From IMG/VR virus record IMGVR_UViG_3300031555_004297: a DNA stretch of 64,000 nucleotides. The stretch is one strand, 5' to 3'. Positions 59,671 through 64,000 of the stretch are shown in pieces; within the stretch, counting starts at the first letter, position 1, and each line of letters opens with the position of its first letter. A program made the position numbers and the translations under genes. This stretch comes from a virus. Its lineage: Duplodnaviria; Caudoviricetes. The notes under the pieces were generated by a model. It was not told the origin of the DNA, ran no database searches, and saw only the letters and a list, made by a program, of their open reading frames with translations.

Positions 59671-59762
59671 TTGCCCCCAGATAACATAGAATTAAAAGTT
59701 ATAATGCTCCCTTACTTGGCATTAGAGCCTTTATTCAACAAATTTAAAAGGAGGAAACATAA

Positions 59763-61652
59763 ATGTATCCTGGTGTCATTATTGAATATGATGATCAAAG
59801 TCTAATTCAGCAAATTGAGCCTGCGGTTACTACGGTTCAGAATGTTCCGCTCTTTGCAGCTGTGTTCACTTCTGATAAGGGTACTGAGGAATGGACTCGT
59901 ATTTCTGGTAGACAGTTCTTCAATATGTATGGTGAAAACATCTCATTTAATCGTCATGGCCAGCCTCTTCTTCAGGCAGCTATGTCGATCCAGGCCGGCG
60001 CAGAACTCCTCTGTAAGAGACTTGTTGCTGACGATGCAACCTTGGCAATTGCTGCTGTTGTTGCAAAGATTGGCACGAAAGACGTAACTACTCAGAAGGT
60101 AGACGCCGATGGAAATGCTCTGTATGCAGATGCTGATGGAAATGAAACTACTGAGGCTACTGCAGCTGATGGAACCGATAATACTCCTATTACGGTTGTT
60201 GAGGCTGTTCCTAGCATTACTTATAGCTTCAAGATCCTTACCGATACAGACAGCTATTACTCCGCAGATGATGCTTATGCTGCAATCAAGGAGACCCTTG
60301 GTGAAGGCGAACATCTGCTTTATGTCATTGCCGATAACGGTCGTGGCGCAAGTAAGAAGAGAATTAAGATCGTTCCCAACTACAAGCTTTCCAAGAATGC
60401 TGATTATGCTATCTATACACTCAGCGTTATCGAGAATGCTACTGAGGTTGAGTCTATCTCCTTCTCGTTTAACCCCAACATCGTTTCGAACGGTGTAAAT
60501 ATTTCCCTTAAGAGCATGGTAAATGCTAACTCTACTCAGATCTCTTGTGCTGCTAATGATGCAGATCTCGATATCTTTGTAGATACCATTGCTAAGGCTC
60601 TTAAGATCGATCCTACGGTCGCATACACATATGACCTTCTCTTTGGTTGCACTCCTAAGGGAGCAGCAATCGCTGGTCTTACTGTAGATGGCAGCGTTCT
60701 TCAGAACTCTGCAGGTCAGCCTCTTCAGGGTGGTTCGAATGGCACATTCGGTGATTACCCAGTTAAGAATGAGGCCGAGTGGTCCAAGCAGGCTATTGCA
60801 GCATTCGATGGTTCTTTTGATAGCGTTATTTTCAATGTTGATCAGTATAAGATCCATGCTGTAATTGATGCTAACTATCCCGCAAAGGTTAAGAGAGCTA
60901 TTGAGACTCTCGCTACCTTCCGTGAGGACTTTATGTACTTCCGTGATATGGGTCTTGGAAAGACTAGCATCGATCTTATCGATAAGGCTACTCTTGATGA
61001 AACCAAGAACATGTTCTGCGCATCCTATTGCCAGAGCTACGATGTATATGATCCTTATACGAAGCGTCAGATCCCTGTAACTATCGGTTACGATCTTGCA
61101 CAGCTTCTCGTTAAGCATCTTGATAATGGCGCTATTCTTCCTACCGCTGGTATGAAGCATGGTATGGTTATCAATAATGCTATTTACGGTACGCTTTCCT
61201 TCGCTCCCACGATCTGTCCTGATCCTGAGGGCAACCAGAAGGAGCAGCTCGAGGATATGCGTGTTAACTTTGCTTCCTACATTGACAATAGACTTGTTAT
61301 TGAGACTCTCTATACTTCTCAGGAGAAGCATACTCAGTGGTCTTATGTAAACAACGTTATGGGTGTTCAGGAAGTTATTAGAGCTATCCGTACTCGTTGT
61401 CCTTCTATCCGCTATAACTTCATCGATGGTACTGACCTCGAGAAGTATAAGCTCGATGTTGAGGACATTATCGCTCCTTACAAGTCGAACTTCAAGACGC
61501 TTGAGCTTGTCTATGCAACTGACTCCACTTATGCAGCTAACAAGATCTTCTATGCAGTCCTTAAGGTTGTATACAAAGATTTCGTTCAGACTGAGTGGTT
61601 CAAAGTCACTGCTATCCAGGATCCTACGGCAGTCACTGGTTCGACCAACTAA
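59763..61652 (+). CDS. Tail sheath protein
   Basis: MYPGV N-terminus, F...YG, KRLV..DA, LQGGSNG, IDANYP..VK; high expression; precedes the tube gene. Confidence 0.85.
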   Translation: MYPGVIIEYDDQSLIQQIEPAVTTVQNVPLFAAVFTSDKGTEEWTRISGRQFFNMYGENISFNRHGQPLLQAAMSIQAGAELLCKRLVADDATLAIAAVVAKIGTKDVTTQKVDADGNALYADADGNETTEATAADGTDNTPITVVEAVPSITYSFKILTDTDSYYSADDAYAAIKETLGEGEHLLYVIADNGRGASKKRIKIVPNYKLSKNADYAIYTLSVIENATEVESISFSFNPNIVSNGVNISLKSMVNANSTQISCAANDADLDIFVDTIAKALKIDPTVAYTYDLLFGCTPKGAAIAGLTVDGSVLQNSAGQPLQGGSNGTFGDYPVKNEAEWSKQAIAAFDGSFDSVIFNVDQYKIHAVIDANYPAKVKRAIETLATFREDFMYFRDMGLGKTSIDLIDKATLDETKNMFCASYCQSYDVYDPYTKRQIPVTIGYDLAQLLVKHLDNGAILPTAGMKHGMVINNAIYGTLSFAPTICPDPEGNQKEQLEDMRVNFASYIDNRLVIETLYTSQEKHTQWSYVNNVMGVQEVIRAIRTRCPSIRYNFIDGTDLEKYKLDVEDIIAPYKSNFKTLELVYATDSTYAANKIFYAVLKVVYKDFVQTEWFKVTAIQDPTAVTGSTN

Positions 61653-61674
61653 TCTATAGAAAGGAGATTTAACG

Positions 61675-62508
61675 ATGGGCGCATATAATATGTTTACAGA
61701 CCTTAAGACTCCTAGAGATCTTACGCAGTATACGCTGTTCCGTGGTACTACGGACTTTTCTCAGCTTCAGCAGTTTGATCTCTTTGAGAGCGGCTACCCC
61801 TATCTTATCGTCGTTTCTGTTCCGGACTTCTTGTCTAAGATGGCAGAGCGTGATCAGGATGTAGCTAAGTTGCTTGCTAACTACGTTCACATTCTCGAGT
61901 ATGAGTTCCGTGGATTCCAGTCTGGTCTTGAGAACCTTACTGGTGAGACATCGGCTATTAATAACGGCTTCAGCGATATGAACGTTATTACTAAGACGAC
62001 TGGTCAGTCTGCTCAGACTTTCTCTATGAACTATTATGAGAAGTCTGGTTCGACTCTTACGAAGATGCATGAGCTCTATCTGAGATCTATCAGAGACCCC
62101 GGTACCGGCCTTAAGCACTATAATGGCTTGATTGGCTTCGGTGATGACAACATTAAGCCTAATGAGGCTGGCTTCCATAAGGAATGCTTCAGCTTCCTCT
62201 ACATCCACACTGATAACACTGGTATGCTTGTAGAAAATGCTACTTATATCGTTGGCGCTATGCCTACGAGCTCGGAGCTTTCTATCTACAATGGTGTAAA
62301 GGGTGATGTTCAGTTCCATGAGATCGCTGCTGAATTCTCCGGATTCCCGATCAGAGGTAAGGCTGTTAATGCACGTGCAACTGCAATCCTTAACTGGATG
62401 AACTCTGCAGCCAACAGCAAGATGGTACAGCGTAACAGCTGGAACTACGAGTATGCTGGTACTGCCGATACTGGAGTTGGACTTGCTCAGAGCAAGCTTA
62501 CTAAGTGA
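61675..62508 (+). CDS. Tail tube protein
   Basis: Directly after sheath; F..NYYEKSG, IRDP.TG, GAMP and EFSG pattern. Confidence 0.7.
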   Translation: MGAYNMFTDLKTPRDLTQYTLFRGTTDFSQLQQFDLFESGYPYLIVVSVPDFLSKMAERDQDVAKLLANYVHILEYEFRGFQSGLENLTGETSAINNGFSDMNVITKTTGQSAQTFSMNYYEKSGSTLTKMHELYLRSIRDPGTGLKHYNGLIGFGDDNIKPNEAGFHKECFSFLYIHTDNTGMLVENATYIVGAMPTSSELSIYNGVKGDVQFHEIAAEFSGFPIRGKAVNARATAILNWMNSAANSKMVQRNSWNYEYAGTADTGVGLAQSKLTK

Positions 62509-62523
62509 TAATATAAATGAAAT

Positions 62524-62553
62524 AAGAAGGCTACGGAATTTCCGTAGCCTTCT
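62524..62553. terminator. Bidirectional terminator
   Basis: AAGAAGGCTACGGA/TCCGTAGCCTTCTT. Confidence 0.85.
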
Positions 62554-62562
62554 TTAATTTGC

Positions 62563-64000
62563 TTAATAACCGTAATTGTCTCCGCCATCATTATTATCTG
62601 CATGAGACTCGCCTTTATTAGTCTCTGTAAGCATCTTTGCTCTATCAAGGATATCTTTGTGAGCTGTGGTATTGAGATGTGTTCCAAGATAATACTTAAA
62701 GAGCTCTCTGCTATAAGTAGCTTTAAGCTTTTCATCTTCTTCATCTGCCATTTCTACATCTACCAAGGACTGCACAAAGTTTCTTGTATTATCTACAAGC
62801 TGGTTTGTATTAGTAATATTGATAAATGTAGGGGGTGGGAGAGTAACCCTCATATCAATAGACTCATTGTACTCATAGTTATATACAGGAACAAGGAATT
62901 CTCTAAGAAGATCCTGATAGAGTTCTTGTCTCTTATAACAGAATCTCAAGACCTTACTAGAAGACATTGTAAGCTGCATAGCATAATCTACAGATTGACG
63001 AGCTTGAATAATCTCAATCGGAATGCCTGTGCTATTAATAGCCATCTCCTCGAGAGCATCCATAAGTTCAGTAGGAGTCTCTATATTCTGACCAGGCATG
63101 ATCTCAAACTGAATAGGAGCCTCGCCAGATGCACTAGTCGGAATAACGAAATCGTTAAATCTACCAGTAATGTTTAGAATATTATTAATATTCTGGAACT
63201 GTCTAATACCAAAGTTTCCTTGCTTAATCTGAGAAATAGTATTGAGCAATGTCTGAGCAATATTTGTATCTACAGTCTGCTTTACATAGTATACTCTCTT
63301 GTCCTGTCCTCTTGTAAGAGTACCAATAGAGGTTGTAATATACAGGCTGGAGTAAATCTTTCCAGGGATAAGGGCTTTATCTAGATCAGAAATGCCTCTA
63401 TGTGTAATAGGATCTTGTCTAAAATAGAAGTGAACCATATCCTCCGGAGGAACAAATGTAACTTTAATTCTATCAATTGAAGGAGTATTAAAGAGATCAT
63501 TATACTTAAGAATCATATAAATCTCTTTAGCAATATCCTGATTAGAATTAACAAACTGCTTATCGATAAATTTCGACAATTGACCAGCAACATATTTAAT
63601 TATCTGATCTTGGCGCTGATTGTCTACAGTATTAAATGCCGTACGATGATCGCCACGCATATTTGTAAGCGGATCACCAAGAATATTCTTGAATCCCATG
63701 AATGACTCAGAATCATCCATAGTTCTTAACTCAAAGAAATAGTAACCCATGCAAAGATCTTCAATATAAATCGGAACTACATGATCTCTAGGAAGCTTCT
63801 TAATAACACATCCAGGAGCACGAACTTTTACAGGCTCGAGTCTCTTACCAGTAACAAGACCATCATTAGCAATGATTCTTGTGTCTTTACGGTCTGCCCC
63901 AATATTGATATTTCCTTTAGCTTCCATATTACTATTATCAGCCTCTGAGAAGAATTTAGCAGCCTGTTCGGTTTGAACAAGAGAGTTCTCGCTAAGTCTT
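62563..64000 (-). CDS. Portal protein (T4 gp20-like), partial; start lies beyond the window
   Basis: Frame open to the right edge; RGQDKRVYYV, DFVIP...G..PIQFEIMPGQ, TGIP motifs. Confidence 0.75.
   Translation of the reverse strand, partial: RLSENSLVQTEQAAKFFSEADNSNMEAKGNINIGADRKDTRIIANDGLVTGKRLEPVKVRAPGCVIKKLPRDHVVPIYIEDLCMGYYFFELRTMDDSESFMGFKNILGDPLTNMRGDHRTAFNTVDNQRQDQIIKYVAGQLSKFIDKQFVNSNQDIAKEIYMILKYNDLFNTPSIDRIKVTFVPPEDMVHFYFRQDPITHRGISDLDKALIPGKIYSSLYITTSIGTLTRGQDKRVYYVKQTVDTNIAQTLLNTISQIKQGNFGIRQFQNINNILNITGRFNDFVIPTSASGEAPIQFEIMPGQNIETPTELMDALEEMAINSTGIPIEIIQARQSVDYAMQLTMSSSKVLRFCYKRQELYQDLLREFLVPVYNYEYNESIDMRVTLPPPTFINITNTNQLVDNTRNFVQSLVDVEMADEEDEKLKATYSRELFKYYLGTHLNTTAHKDILDRAKMLTETNKGESHADNNDGGDNYGY

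Noticed and set aside
54447-61331. Long minus-strand ORFs (54447..55805, 56623..57492, 59943..61331)
   Set aside because: Ser/Ile/Leu-rich mirror frames of GCT/ACT-rich fibre and sheath genes

Overview
A 64-kb segment of an AT-rich (roughly 35% GC by eye) contractile-tailed jumbo phage genome of the phiKZ-related, AR9/PBS1-like type. Strong GGAGG Shine-Dalgarno sites suggest a Firmicutes host; the genetic code is standard. The head and packaging genes are major capsid, T4 gp21-like prohead protease, large terminase and a partial portal. Tail genes are sheath, tube, fibre-like proteins and a spike OB domain. Replication and transcription genes are a split family-B DNA polymerase interrupted by a group I intron carrying an HNH homing endonuclease, a UvsW-like helicase, RNase H, a putative SSB, an HU-like protein and two pieces of multisubunit RNA polymerase beta'. 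Also present are ThyX, thymidylate kinase, a GroEL-like chaperonin, a protein kinase and a DHH phosphoesterase fusion. Two promoter classes are readable: early-like ATATA(T/A)TATA and late-like AAC(A/T)-N6-TA. The most unusual signals are: (1) late-promoter small RNAs and 3'UTRs carrying antisense copies of Shine-Dalgarno plus start-codon regions, two with candidate early-gene targets in the window; (2) a ~290-nt structured late ncRNA beside the protease/terminase genes; (3) a short L-x-x-P-M-x-F motif at the ends of many unrelated non-virion proteins; (4) a head polyprotein whose domains, including a GNAT, are bounded by protease-type cleavage sites. All family assignments are from motif recognition only; no searches were run.
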